From Felis catus (lineage: Eukaryota), in contig NC_058383.1 in the NCBI RefSeq assembly GCF_018350175.1, positions 24,988,001 to 25,052,000 on the forward strand: a stretch of 64,000 bases of DNA, written 5' to 3'. A program made the position numbers and the translations under genes. Shown here one piece after another: positions 63,901-64,000 of this stretch; the first letter of the stretch is position 1; each line of letters begins with the position of its first letter. Under the pieces are notes generated by a model, which worked only from the letters and a program-made list of their open reading frames with translations, did not search any database and was not told the origin of the DNA.

Positions 63901-64000
63901 CTATTTGTTATATGTAAATTAAGCCTCATTAAAGATAGTTTCAAAACATAAAATACTAGAAAAAAACTGTGGGAAAATTCCTTTCTAATCCTGAAGTCCA
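60954..64000. repeat. Right arm of the inverted duplication, running off the window end
   Basis: Reverse complement of 330-3386; near-identical from ~61815 outward and visibly diverged over 60954-61815. Confidence 0.97.
60969..61104 (+). pseudogene. Right-arm copy of the TANGO1-like proline-rich exon (..MDCPSSPAMGCGPPPPPPPAPPPTPL)
   Basis: Homologous to 3238-3372(-); donor gtaaga intact, acceptor mutated (ctgcgg). Confidence 0.75.

Overview
Mammalian, almost certainly carnivore and probably felid, genomic DNA: it carries many tRNA-derived Can-SINEs and carnivore-type L1s. I find no intact protein-coding gene. The two ends of the window are arms of a large inverted duplication: ~330-3386 is the reverse complement of ~60954-64000, near-identical outside ~2510/61815 and clearly diverged inside. 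From ~3238 to at least ~13692 (possibly ~17680 or beyond) on the minus strand lies a decayed, intron-containing paralog of the TANGO1/cTAGE5 (MIA3/MIA2) cytoplasmic region. It was recognised exon by exon from recalled human TANGO1 sequence, and has an internal tandem duplication of its proline-rich exons and a SINE inside one exon. The spacer is a mosaic. It holds the last three exons of an ACSM1-like pseudogene, an orphan signal-peptide-like exon with a CTG repeat, several ERV1-class remnants (env, gag, gag-pro-pol, LTR plus PBS) and three full-length but disrupted L1s. These L1s show three-level nesting and 3' transductions, and a separate L1 fragment shows a twin-priming inversion. All homologies were assigned by eye; no alignment or search was run.
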